The notes beneath the pieces are model-generated. The model worked only from the letters and a program-made list of their open reading frames with translations, ran no database searches and was not told the DNA's origin. Below are positions 24,549 to 37,681 of a stretch of 64,000 nucleotides of DNA, one piece after another. This stretch comes from Psilocybe cubensis (lineage: Eukaryota), in contig CM039000.1 in assembly GCA_017499595.2 (NCBI GenBank), positions 1,488,001 to 1,552,000 of the forward strand, read 5' to 3'. Each line of letters starts with the position of its first letter. Position 1 is the stretch's first letter. Position numbers and translations under genes: made by a program.

Positions 24549-27500
24549 TGTTGAAGCAGGCGAGCTCGGGGCAGTGTGAGCTACTCGGCGACCTAGTTAT
24601 AGAACGTAGGGCGCAGGGATAAGCGAGCACGAAGCGTCTGAAGTCCGAAGTGAGTAACTGGGTGAATTGAGCAAAGTGCTAACAAACTAACCTGAAGTCC
24701 GAAGTGAGTAACTGGGGACTTCAGGATGTAAACTAGAGTGACTATATACTGTGTAGACTCAAGTACTCTGGTCTACCTAGGTCTACTCTGGTCCGGTCCA
24801 GACCAGTCTATGGACTGATAAATATCATGTGTCTAGAATGGTCTGGAGAGCAAATGAAGATAAGAAGAAAGTAATCTAATCTGATAAGATAGCAAAGTGA
24901 GGGAGACATAGAGAGCAGTTTTAACACTCCCTCCTGTTCTGACAAGTCTCCAGAACAAAGAAAAATAAAGCAAAACAGAGAAAGAAAGATTAAAGTTTGA
25001 GACCCATTTTATCTCTACAAAAGTCCACTTTAGGAGGTGAGAGGGGTTTGGTAAGAATATCAGCAGCTTGCTGATCAGTAGAAATATAAGAAGGAGAAAT
25101 CTTTCCAACACCAACAGCATCCCTAAGCCAATAATAGCGCAAATCAAGGTGCTTCATCCGTCCATGGTGCTCTGGATTCTTGGAAACACTGATAGATGAC
25201 TGGTTGTCCATATGCAGCACAGAGGGCTCAGTGACTGTGTAGCCAAACTCCTCAAGGATATTGCGCATCCACACAATTTCCTTGGCTGCCTCCACCGCAG
25301 CAATGTACTCTGCCTCAGTAGTAGACAGAGTTACAACAGTTTGGAGTTTGCTTGCCCAGCCAATAGCACCTCCAGCTAGAACGGTCAAATAACCACTCGT
25401 AGAGCGTCCAGTATCTACACAATCACCATGTGCAGCATCAGTGTAGGTAACAAAGTTATCATGGCCCACAGCGCCAGAATAAGTCAACTTGTAATCCAGA
25501 GTGCCTCTGAGGTAGCGGAATAAATGTTTAACCGCAGCCCAATGCTTAGGCCCAGGATTGGAGTTGAAGCGTGCCAGATAGGACACAGTAAAAGCAATGT
25601 CAGGACGGGTCATGGTGGCTAGATACTGCAAGGAGCCAACTGCATTGAGGTAGGGAACATTTCGCATAAATTCCACCTCATCTCCATTCTGAGGTCCATC
25701 TGCCTTGGAGAGAACAGTGCCCACAGCCATAGGTGTTTTGACCGGATTAGAATCAGTCATGCCATATGTATCAAGCATATCAAGGATATACTGACGCTGA
25801 TGCAAGGAAATGGTTTTAGCAGCCATATCTCGCTCAATGGCAACACCAAGTAAATACTGTGTAGGACCCAGATCACGGAGTTCAAAACGCGCAGCTAGCT
25901 GCTTAACAGCTCTATCTATGGCAGCGTCCGATTTGGAGGCAAAGGTAATGTCATCAATGTAAATGGGAACAATAATCTTCACATCTCCATCTGAATAGAT
26001 GTAGACAGAGCGATCTGATTCTATACGCTTGAACCCCATATCTGACAATGCCTCATGCAACTTGAGGTTCCATTGACGTGCAGACTGCTTAAGACCATAG
26101 AGCGACTTTTTGAGTTTCAAAACCATGTTAGGACCACCTTGGTGAAATCCTTCAGGTTGTAGCATGTAAATCTCCTCGTCTAGGTCACCTTTAGTGAAAG
26201 CAGCTGTAATATCAACAGAGCGCAACTTCAAGTCTCCAATAGCGGCCAGAGCCACAATCAAGCGGAAAGTAGCAGGGCGGAAAGTAGGAGCAAAGACCTC
26301 ATGGTAATCAATGCCAGGGCGCTGACTGTAGCCCTTGGCAACGATACGAGCCTTGTAGCGCTCTATACTGCCATCTGCATTTCGCTTGATTTTAAAGACC
26401 CAACCACAGCCAATTGCCTTTTGACCCGGAGGGAGCTCAACTCGCTCCCAAGTTTGGTTGTGCTGCAACAGATTGAATTCTGTGTTAGCAGCCTCTTCCC
26501 ACATGTGCGCATCAGGCGCTTTCATTGCCTGTTTGAATGTGCGCGGATCTGCGCTTGAAACAAGCCCAGCAAACTCCACCTCTTCAAATCCAGGATCATT
26601 GGCTTCAGGTGGTTCAGGATCATGTGAGACCTTCCACCATTCACCAGGCTGCTTAGGAACGCGAGTAGTGCGTCTCAACGTTGCAGGATCAACTGGAGCA
26701 CGATGGCGGCGTGCAGGCTTAGGAGGAGGTGCAGGAACGGCCTCAGGCTGTGGCGGTTCAGCTGGCTGTTCAGGAGGCGCAATAGGCACTTCTGGCTCAA
26801 TGACAGGACTTGGAGTAGAGTCATCCTCATCATCATCAAAATTGAAGCCATTAGAGTCCCCCCCTGAATTGGGAGGTGGTGCACTTGCAGAAGAAGTGGG
26901 AAGAAGGTCAAACTTTGGCATAGGGCCAGTGGACACCCCAGGGAAGCACCTTTCGTCGAAATCAGCTCTCTCAGAGATAATGAACCTTTTGGTGACTGGG
27001 TTGTAAAACTCCCAGCCCTTGTACCCAGTAGGATACCCAACAAAGATACACTTCTCCATATGAGGCTGCAACGATTTGCGCTTATCTCCCTGAACATAAA
27101 CATATGCAAGACAACCCCAAACCCTCAAATGACTAACATCAGGTTTGCGCTTGTTCCAGCTTTCATACGGAGTCTTGTCCGGTAGAGGAGCTGTAGGAAC
27201 ACGATTCCATACATGCATGTATGCTGCAACACAGCGACCCCAAAACGAAGGTGGTACACGAGCCTCATTGAGCATGGAAGTAACATGTTCTGCCATGGTG
27301 CGATTTGCACGCTCTGCAACTCCGTTCTGTTGTGGGCGATTTCGCGTTGTATGACGACGCTCAATGCCACACTGGTCAGTGAATTTGATGAAAGCATTTG
27401 ACATGTATTCACCAGCTTTGTCATCCTGCAGCGCTTTGATCTTAAAGCCTAATTTGTTCTCAGCCCATGCTTTGTACGTTTGAAACGCACTGAATGCATC

Positions 27501-29875
27501 GCTTTTGCGCTTAAGAAGCACAGCAGCTCTACTCTTTGTATGGTCATCAATAAAGGTTATCCAGTAGCGATAGCCTTCAGGAGTAGGGGGCGAGATAGGA
27601 CCTTTCAGATCTGAGAAGATAAGCGCAAGCGGAACATCTGATATGCTTGGTGAAGAAGGAAATGGATTGGAATGCATCTTGCCTGCAAGGCAAGGTTCAC
27701 AAATGGGGTCAGGCTGTTGCTGTGAATTCAGCTTGAGTCCGGTGACCATACCCTCTCTAATCATCTTCTGGATGTCAGTGTAGCTATGATGAGCAAACCG
27801 ACAATGCCAGAGACTGATATCAAGGGGTAGAGTAGAATTGGAGGAAATAAAGGCAGACTCCAAAATAGGAATTGTATAACCGTTCAATAAAGCGCAGTTT
27901 GATGTACTAACATCTGCAGAGAAGAGACAAGCTCCTTTGCGATGAAACTGCATCAGATTAGCATCAATAGTGATTTTAAAGCCTTTGTGCTTTGTGAGAT
28001 ATAGAACAGACAGTAGATTGTTTTGGAGATCTGGTACATGTAAAACTCTAGTTAACTCGATGCCTCTTGACTTTATTCTATTTACAACTGGTTCAAAGAA
28101 CACAGTGCCCACCCCTGCAGAATAAATAACTCGTTCATCTGCTAATCGGATTGGAATGCGAAGGGGGGTGTAATTTCTAACCCAATTGCGATGGGGCGTC
28201 ATATGAGAAGTCGCCCCTGTGTCTGCAATCCAATCGTCATTAGTTTGGGGTGAAATGGAAGAGGGAACATTGGTATTAAGAGCACTTGCATTTCCAGCAA
28301 ATTCCATGTCCTTGGACTCTTTTTCCTCACTGGATGCCTCTGAGGCCTTGTGCGCTCTATTGCCTTTGCGAGCCGCTTTGACACGCTCCTTCGCATCCTT
28401 TTGCGCAGCAATGAACTTGTGACACTTGTCCATTGCATGATTGGTCATATCACAAAATGCGCACTTGGGCTTGGATGCAGAAGGGGCTGGAGCGGTCTGG
28501 AACGCGGGTGGCGAGTGCAGGCAACTCCGAAGCGCGGCGATGTTGCTGTATGTCCCTTGTGACAAAGGCTTGATGAATTGTAGCCTTGTCCAACTTGTCC
28601 AAAAGAAGAAGTGAGGATGCAAATGAACTGTACTCTTTTGGGAGTGCCCTGACCAGAGCAAGCAAAGCAAGCTCTTCATCAAGCTTAGCCAGATCAAACC
28701 CCTTAGGGCGAAGCTGCTGAATTAGCAACATGGCTTGCTCAACTCTATTGATCAGGGTTTGAAGGTTTTCACCTTCCTCCTTTCGGATTGAGAACAGATC
28801 ATCATATGCATTAAAGCGGTTGCCAGGGCGCTTTTGCTGATGTACAGCGGCGAGGGCATCCCACATCTTGATACGATCATCCTTGATGGCTTCCACATGA
28901 ACCCTCTGATCATTCTCCAAACTGAGATAGATCAAACCACATGCTTTGTCTCTCTGCTCAAAGTAGGTTTCAAGCAAAGCTTCCTCCTGAGCAGTAGGCT
29001 TGTCTGAGAGCGTTGGCTGTGCTCTAGCACCGCTGACAATGCGCCATATCCCTTTAGACTGGAGATAGGCGGTCATCTGGCCTGCCCAGGTGTTGTAGTT
29101 GGTTGAGTTCAATGGAGTGATTTGGGGATCAGAAGTCATTATTGCGAATTGCGAAGGAACGCGTAAGCGGATGGATACGAGTGTTGGTAGTAATGTGTGG
29201 GGATGTGTAATGATGTGTGGAAACGAACTAGGCGTTACCCGGAGCTCGGGGTGCGATGCGAACGCAAGTGGAAAAGACGAAGTTAAACTAGCCTAATTTA
29301 AAAGGGTTACTTTTAACTAGAAATAACTCGGGGATTAGGCAACGGGGGCCCGCTCAACCGAGGTTAACAAGTCGCGTAAGGCGTGCTCGTTCAACCCTAC
29401 TAGCAGCGGCAATGTATGGCCGGGCCTGGTAGAGGATAAAAAGCAAAAAAGACAAAAATGACCGTTTTGTGAAAACTATGCAGAAAGCAACTTGGTTCGC
29501 AAAACACAGAATTGGAGCGCTTAGAGCGCGGGGCCCATAACCTGTTGAAGCAGGCGAGCTCGGGGCAGTGTGAGCTACTCGGCGACCTGAAGTCCGAAGT
29601 GAGTAACTGGGTGAATTGAGCAAAGTGCTAACAAACTAACCTGAAGTCCGAAGTGAGTAACTGGGGACTTCAGGATGTAAACTAGAGTGACTATATACTG
29701 TGTAGACTCAAGTACTCTGGTCTACCTAGGTCTACTCTGGTCCGGTCCAGACCAGTCTATGGACTGATAAATATCATGTGTCTAGAATGGTCTGGAGAGC
29801 AAATGAAGATAAGAAGAAAGTAATCTAATCTGATAAGATAGCAAAGTGAGGGAGACATAGAGAGCAGTTTTAACA
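24549..29875 (-). mobile_element. Copia family 1 copy B, full length (5' LTR 29543-29875, 333 bp; 3' LTR 24549-24926, 378 bp)
   Basis: TG...CA LTRs, PBS GGTTATGGGCCCC, gag-PR-IN-RT-RH order. Confidence 0.95.
24990..29139 (-). pseudogene. Copia gag-pol of copy B with a +1 frameshift near 28507
   Basis: Gag ORF 28450-29139 and pol ORF ending 24990 are in different frames; extra C (GCCACCCGCG vs GCCACCGCG in other copies). CAFCDMTNHAMDKC knuckle, WIADTGAT protease. Confidence 0.9.
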
Positions 29876-29914
29876 GAATATAGAGATACAATTTGGACGT
29901 TAGAGGGCCAACTT

Positions 29915-30247
29915 TGTTAAAACTGCTCTCTATGTCTCCCTCACTTTGCTATCTTATCAGATTAGATTACTTTCTTCTTATCTTCATTTGCTCTCCAGAC
30001 CATTCTAGACACATGATATTTATCAGTCCATAGACTGGTCTGGACCGGACCAGAGTAGACCTAGGTAGACCAGAGTACTTGAGTCTACACAGTATATAGT
30101 CACTCTAGTTTACATCCTGAAGTCCCCAGTTACTCACTTCGGACTTCAGGTTAGTTTGTTAGCACTTTGCTCAATTCACCCAGTTACTCACTTCGGACTT
30201 CAGGTCGCCGAGTAGCTCACACTGCCCCGAGCTCGCCTGCTTCAACA
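29915..30247 (+). repeat. Copia family 1 isolated LTR C (333 bp)
   Basis: Reverse complement of 29543-29875, separated from it by 39 bp. Confidence 0.95.
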
Positions 30248-31305
30248 TATTCTAGGACACTGCTACTAGTAACTGTGCTAAACAGCTTGTTGCTTGTTAG
30301 ATTATCTTCAAAGGCTGCCCTCTGTTCATATAAGCAGCCAGCAAGTTGCAGGACATCACTTTCTGCACAAGGTACTAGAAATAGGGTCACCCTCATATCT
30401 TGTATAGTGCACTTGCTGTGAGCTGCCCTTGGTACTCCAGTCCCCACAAGAATAAAAAACACTGCGCTGTTACAGGCTGCTGCAAAGGTAATCCTAATGC
30501 AGACCCACTAATTCTCTCTATACCCAAGGGGAAGGAGTGTCTGTATATTCTTTGCTTTTCCAAAGATTTTTTCTAATACACACTTCTTAGAATAGTTTGT
30601 TTCAATTTCACAAAGTTTGCACTTAGCATAAAAACTATCCTGGAATGTTGTAACTAGATGTTTGACAATTTCTTTATCCAAATGCCTCTATGGTGTTTTC
30701 AGAAGTCCATACTGTATCCTTTACCACTACAAAAAAAGGTGATGATATTATTGATGCACTACTGCACCCTGTATCAATGTTTATAGTGCACACACCTGAA
30801 CCCAATGCATATCCTCATATTATGGCCTATATGTCTAACTGCTTGAGTGTATACTAACTGTCTATGTATTGCAATCTTATTTATTATTATAATGTGCTTA
30901 TTCTGACTCTTTTTTTTTATGGCAAGTTATACAACCTTCTGAACATTTATTCTGACAATAGTAAGTTTACCTCTCCTTAATCAATTACTCATGCATGCAG
31001 CAGATATTTGGCTTGACTTTGTTTTTAGACTGTTTATCAACAAAGTTGCACAAGCCTTAAACAAAAAATATTTATTTAACACTGCTATTATCTTGACTAT
31101 CAAAAACCAACAAGAACCATTTCTATTCAAATGCCCACCTATCACATATCCAAGCCTAGTTCTATTCCCAGAAGAAGACTCAATCTCAACTACTTGAGTT
31201 GCTTCTGCCACCTTTGAGTTTTAACTACTATAACTAGAGCAGTCAGAGTCTGAATCTCTGGCACTTCACCATAACCTTTAACACATATGAAACAATACCT
31301 ACCTT

Positions 31306-34300
31306 TGTTAAAACTGCTCTCTATGTCTCCCTCACTTTGCTATCTTATCAGATTAGATTACTTTCTTTTTATCTTCATTTGCTCTCCAGACCATTCTAGA
31401 CACATGATATTTATCAGTCCATAGACTGGTCTGGACCGGACCAGAGTAGACCTAGGTAGACCAGAGTACTTGAGTCTGCACAGTATATAGTTACTCTAGT
31501 TTACATCCTGAAGTCCCCAGTTACTCACTTTGGACTTCAGGTTAGTTTGTTAGCACTTTGCTCAATTCACCCAGTCACTCACTCAGACGCTTTGTGCTCG
31601 CTTATCCCTGCGCCCTACGTTGTATAATTAGGTCGCCGAGTAGCTCACACTGCTCCGAGCTCGCCTGCTTCAACAGGTTATGGGCCCCGCGCTCTAAGCG
31701 CTCCAATTCCGTGTTTTGCGAACCAAGTTGCTTTCTGCATAGTTTTCACAAAACGGTCATTTTTGTCTTTTTTGCTTTTTATCCTCTACCAGGCCCGGCC
31801 ATACATTGCCGCTGCTAGTAGGGTTGAACGAGCACGCCTTACGCGACTTGTTAACCTCGGTTGAGCGGGCCCCCGTTGCCTAATCCCCGAGTTATTTCTA
31901 GTTAAAAGTAACCCTTTTAAATTAGGCTAGTTTAACTTCGTCTTTTCCACTTGCGTTCGCATCGCACCCCGAGCTCCGGGTAACGCCTAGTTCGTTTCCA
32001 CACATCATTACACATCCCCACACATTACTACCAACACTCGTATCCATCCGCTTACGCGTTCCTTCGCAATTCGCAATAATGACTTCTGATCCCCAAATCA
32101 CTCCATTGAACTCAACCAACTACAACACCTGGGCAGGCCAGATGACCGCCTATTTCCAGTCTAAAGGGATATGGCGCATTGTCAGCGGTGCTAGAGCACA
32201 GCCAACGCTCTCAAACAAGCCCACTGCTCAGGAGGAAGCTTTGCTTGAAACCTACTTTGAGCAGAGAGACAAAGCATGTGGTTTGATCTATCTTAGTTTG
32301 GAGAATGATCAGAGGGTTCATGTGAAAGCCATCAAGGATGATCCTATCAAGATGTAGGATGCCCTTGCCACTGTACATCAGCAAAAGCGCCCTGGCAACC
32401 GCTTTAATGCATATGATGATCTGTTCTCCATCCGAAAGGAGGAAGGTGAAAACCTTCAAACCCTGATCAATAGAGTTGAGCAAGCCATGTTGCTAATTCA
32501 GCAGCTTCGCCCTAAGGGGTTTGATCTGGCTAAGCTTGATGAAGAGCTTGCTTCGCTTGCTCTGGTCAGGGCACTCCCAGAGGAGTACAGTTCATTTGCA
32601 TCCTTACTTCTCCTTTTGGACAAGTTAGACAAGGCTACAATTCACCAAGCCTTTGTCACAGAGGACATACAGCAATGTCGCCGCGCTTCAGAGTTGCCTG
32701 CACTCGCCACCGCGTTCCAGACCGCTCCAGCCCCTTCTGCATCCAAGCCCAAGTGCGCATTTTGTGATATGACCAATCATGCAATGGACAAGTGTCACAA
32801 GTTTATTGCTGCGCAAAAGGATGCGAAGGAGCGTGTCAAAGCGGCTCGCAAAGGCAATAGAGCGCACAAGGCCTCAGAGGCATCCAGTGAGGAAAAAGAG
32901 TCCAAGGACATGGAATTTGCTGGAAATGCAAGTGCTCTTAATACCGATGTTCCCTCTTCCATTTCACCCCAAACTAATGACGATTGGATTGCAGACACAG
33001 GGGCGACTTCTCATATGATGCCCCATCGCAATTGGGTTAGAAATTACACCCCCCTTCGCATTCCAATCCGATTAGCAGATGAACGAGTTATTTATTCTGC
33101 AGGGGTGGGCACTGTGTTCTTTGAACCAGTTGTAAATGGAATAAAGTCAAGAGGCGTCGAGTTAACTAGAGTTTTACATGTAACAGATCTCCGAAACAAT
33201 CTACTGTCTGTTCTATACCTCACAAAGCACAAAGGCTTCAAAATCACTATTGATGCTAATCTGATGGAGTTTCATCGCAAAGGAGCTTGTCTCTTCTCTG
33301 CAGATGTTAGTACATCAAACTGCGCTTTATTGAATGGTTATACAGTTCCTATTTCGGAGTCTGCCTTTATTTCCTCCAATTCCACTCTACCCCTTGATAT
33401 CAGTCTCTGGCATTGTTGGTTTGCTCATCATAGCTACACTGACATCCAGAAGATGATTAGAGAGGGTATGGTCACCGGACTCAAGCTGAATTCACAGCAA
33501 CAGCCTGACCCCATTTGTGAACCTTGCCTTGCAGGCAAGATGCATTCCAACCCATTTCCTTCTTCACCCAGCATGTCAGATGTTCCGCTTGCGCTTATCT
33601 TCTCAGATCTGAAAGGTCCTATCTCGCCCCCTACTCCTGAAGGCTATCGCTACTGGATAACCTTTATTGATGACCATACAAAGAGTAGAGCTGCTGTGCT
33701 TCTTAAGCGCAAAAGCGATGCATTCAGTGCGTTTCAAACGTACAAAGCATGGGCTGAGAACAAATTAGGCTTTAAGATCAAAGCGCTGCAGGATGACAAA
33801 GCTGGTGAATACATGTCAAATGCTTTCATCAAATTCACTGACCAGTGTGGCATTGAGCTTCGTCATACAACGCGAAATCGCCCACAACAGAACGGAGTTG
33901 CAGAGCGTGCAAATCGCACCATGGCAGAACATGTTACTTCCATACTCAATGAGGCTCGTGTTCCACCTTCGTTTTGGGGTCGCTGTGTTGCAGCATATAT
34001 GCATGTATGGAATCGTGTTCCTACAGCTCCTCTACCGGACAAGACTCCGTATGAAAGCTGGAACAAGCGCAAACCTGATGTTAGTCATTTGAGGGTTTGG
34101 GGTTGCCTTGTATATGTTTATGTTCAGGGAGATAAGCGCAAATCGTTGCAGCCTCATATGGAGAAGTGTATCTTTGTTGGGTATCCTACTGGGTACAAGG
34201 GCTGGGAGTTTTACAACCCAGTCACCAAAAGGTTCATTATCTCTGAGAGAGCTGATTTCGACGAAAGGTGCTTCCCTGGGGTGTCCACTGGCCCTATGCC

Positions 34301-36623
34301 AAAGTTTGACCTTCTTCCCACTTCTTCTGCAAGTGCACCACCTCCCAATTCAGGGGGGGACTCTAATGGCTTCAATTTTGATAATGATGAGGATGACTCT
34401 ACTCCAATTCCTGTCATTGAGCCAGAGGTGCCTATTGCACCTCCTGAACAGCCAGCTGAACCGCCACAGCCTGAGGCCGTTCCTGCACCTCCTCCTAAGC
34501 CTGCACGCCGCCAGCGTGCTCCAGTTGATCCTGCAACGTTGAGACGCACTACTCGCGTTCCTAAGCAGCCTGGTGAATGGTGGAAAGTCTCACATGATCC
34601 TGAACCACCTGAAGCCAATGATCCTGGATTTGAAGAGGTAGAGTTTGCTGGGCTTGTTTCAAGCGCAGATCCGCGCACATTCAAACAGGCAATGAAAGCG
34701 CCTGATGCGCACATGTGGGAAGAGGCTGCTAACACAGAATTCAATCTGTTGCAGCACAATCAAACTTGGGAGCGAGTTGAGCTCCCTCCGGGTCAAAAGG
34801 CAATTGGCTGTGGTTGGGTCTTTAAAATCAAGCGAAATGCAGATGGCAGTATAGAGCGTTACAAGGCTCGTATTGTTGCCAAGGGTTACAGTCAGCGCCC
34901 TGGCATTAATTACCATGAGGTCTTTGCTCCTACTTTCCGCCCTGCTACTTTCCGCTTGATTGTGGCTCTGGCCGCCATTGGAGACTTGAAGTTGCGCTCT
35001 GTTGATATTACAGCTGCTTTCACTAAAGGTGACCTAGACGAGGAGATTTACATGTTACAACCTGAAGGATTTCACCAAGGTGGTCCTAACATGGTTTTGA
35101 AGCTCAAAAAGTCGCTCTATGGTCTTAAGCAGTCTGCACGTCAATGGAACCTCAAGTTGCATGAGGCATTGTCAGATATGGGGTTCAAGCGTATAGAATC
35201 AGATCGCTCTGTCTACATCTATTCAGATGGAGATGTGAAGATTATTGTTCCCATTTACATTGATGACATTACCTTTGCTTCCAAATCGGACGCTGCCATA
35301 GATAGAGCTGTTAAGCAGCTAGCTGCGCATTTTGAACTCCGTGATCTGGGTCCTACACAGTATTTACTTGGTGTTGCCATTGAGCGAGATATGGCTACTA
35401 AAACCATTTCCTTGCATCAGCGTCAGTATATCCTTGATATGCTTGATACATATGGCATGACTGACTCTAATCCGGTCAAAACACCTATGGCTGTGGGCAC
35501 TGTTCTCTCCAAGGCAGATGGACCTCAGAATGGAGATGAGGTGGAATTTATGCGAAATGTTCCCTACCTCAATGCAGTTGGCTCCTTGCAGTATCTAGCC
35601 ACCATGACCCGTCCTGACATTGCTTTTACTGTGTCCTATCTGGCACGCTTCAACTCCAATCCTGGGCCTAAGCATTGGGCTGCGGTTAAACACTTATTCC
35701 GCTACCTCAGAGGCACTCTGGATTACAAGTTGACTTATTCTGGCGCTGTGGGCCATGATAACTTTGTCACCTACACTGATGCTGCACATGGTGATTGTGT
35801 AGATACTGGACGCTCTACGAGTGGTTATTTGACCGTTCTAGCTGGAGGTGCTATTGGCTGGGCAAGCAAACTCCAAACTGTTGTAACACTGTCTACTACA
35901 GAGGCAGAGTACATTGCTGCAGTGGAGGCAGCCAAGGAGATTGTGTGGATGCGCAATATCCTTGAGGAGTTTGGCTACACAGTTACTGAGCCTTCTGTGC
36001 TGCATATGGACAACCAGTCATCTATCAGTGTTTCCAAGAATCCAGAGCACCATGGACGGATGAAGCACCTTGATTTGCGCTATTATTGGCTTAGGGATGC
36101 TGTTGGTGTTGGAAAGATTTCTCCTTTTTATATTCCTACTGATCAGCAAGCTGCTGATATTCTTACCAAACCCCTCTCACCTCCTAAAGTGGACTTTTGT
36201 AGAGATAAAATGGGTCTCAAACTTTAATCTTTCTTTCTCTGTTTTGCTTTATTTTTCTTTGTTCTGGAGACTTGTCAGAACAGGGGGGAGTGTTAAAACT
36301 GCTCTCTATGTCTCCCTCACTTTGCTATCTTATCAGATTAGATTACTTTCTTCTTATCTTCATTTGCTCTCCAGACCATTCTAGACACATGATATTTATC
36401 AGTCCATAGACTGGTCTGGACCGGACCAGAGTAGACCTAGGTAGACCAGAGTACTTGAGTCTACACAGTATATAGTCACTCTAGTTTACATCCTGAAGTC
36501 CCCAGTTACTCACTTCGGACTTCAGGTTAGTTTGTTAGCACTTTGCTCAATTCACCCAGTTACTCACTTCGGACTTCAGGTCGCCGAGTAGCTCACACTG
36601 CCCCGAGCTCGCCTGCTTCAACA
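31306..36623 (+). mobile_element. Copia family 1 copy D (5' LTR 31306-31675, 370 bp; 3' LTR 36291-36623, 333 bp)
   Basis: LTRs, PBS at 31676, PPT AGGGGGGAG, gag-pol. Confidence 0.95.
32079..36227 (+). pseudogene. Copia gag-pol of copy D; TGG>TAG in gag at 32355-57, remainder open (1246 aa from 32487)
   Basis: In-frame stop where copy B has Trp; all pol motifs present. Confidence 0.92.
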
Positions 36624-37681
36624 TATTCTAGGACACTGCTACTAGTAACTGTGCTAAACAGCTTGTTGCTTGTTAGATTATCTTCAAAGGCTGCCCTCTG
36701 TTCATATAAGCAGCCAGCAAGTTGCAGGACATCACTTTCTGCACAAGGTACTAGAAATAGGGTCACCCTCATATCTTGTATAGTGCACTTGCTGTGAGCT
36801 GCCCTTGGTACTCCAGTCCCCACAAGAATAAAAAACACTGCGCTGTTACAGGCTGCTGCAAAGGTAATCCTAATGCAGACCCACTAATTCTCTCTATACC
36901 CAAGGGGAAGGAGTGTCTGTATATTCTTTGCTTTTCCAAAGATTTTTTCTAATACACACTTCTTAGAATAGTTTGTTTCAATTTCACAAAGTTTGCACTT
37001 AGCATAAAAACTATCCTGGAATGTTGTAACTAGATGTTTGACAATTTCTTTATCCAAATGCCTCTATGGTGTTTTCAGAAGTCCATACTGTATCCTTTAC
37101 CACTACAAAAAAAGGTGATGATATTATTGATGCACTACTGCACCCTGTATCAATGTTTATAGTGCACACACCTGAACCCAATGCATATCCTCATATTATG
37201 GCCTATATGTCTAACTGCTTGAGTGTATACTAACTGTCTATGTATTGCAATCTTATTTATTATTATAATGTGCTTATTCTGACTCTTTTTTTTTATGGCA
37301 AGTTATACAACCTTCTGAACATTTATTCTGACAATAGTAAGTTTACCTCTCCTTAATCAATTACTCATGCATGCAGCAGATATTTGGCTTGACTTTGTTT
37401 TTAGACTGTTTATCAACAAAGTTGCACAAGCCTTAAACAAAAAATATTTATTTAACACTGCTATTATCTTGACTATCAAAAACCAACAAGAACCATTTCT
37501 ATTCAAATGCCCACCTATCACATATCCAAGCCTAGTTCTATTCCCAGAAGAAGACTCAATCTCAACTACTTGAGTTGCTTCTGCCACCTTTGAGTTTTAA
37601 CTACTATAACTAGAGCAGTCAGAGTCTGAATCTCTGGCACTTCACCATAACCTTTAACACATATGAAACAATACCTACCTT

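Noticed and set aside
28450-28697. Programmed gag-pol frameshift in copy B
   Set aside because: Other copies are in one frame here; it is a single-base insertion or sequencing error.
32355-32357. Programmed stop read-through in Copia gag (shared by D, E, F)
   Set aside because: Copy B has TGG here and the stop is mid-gag; a shared nonsense mutation is simpler.
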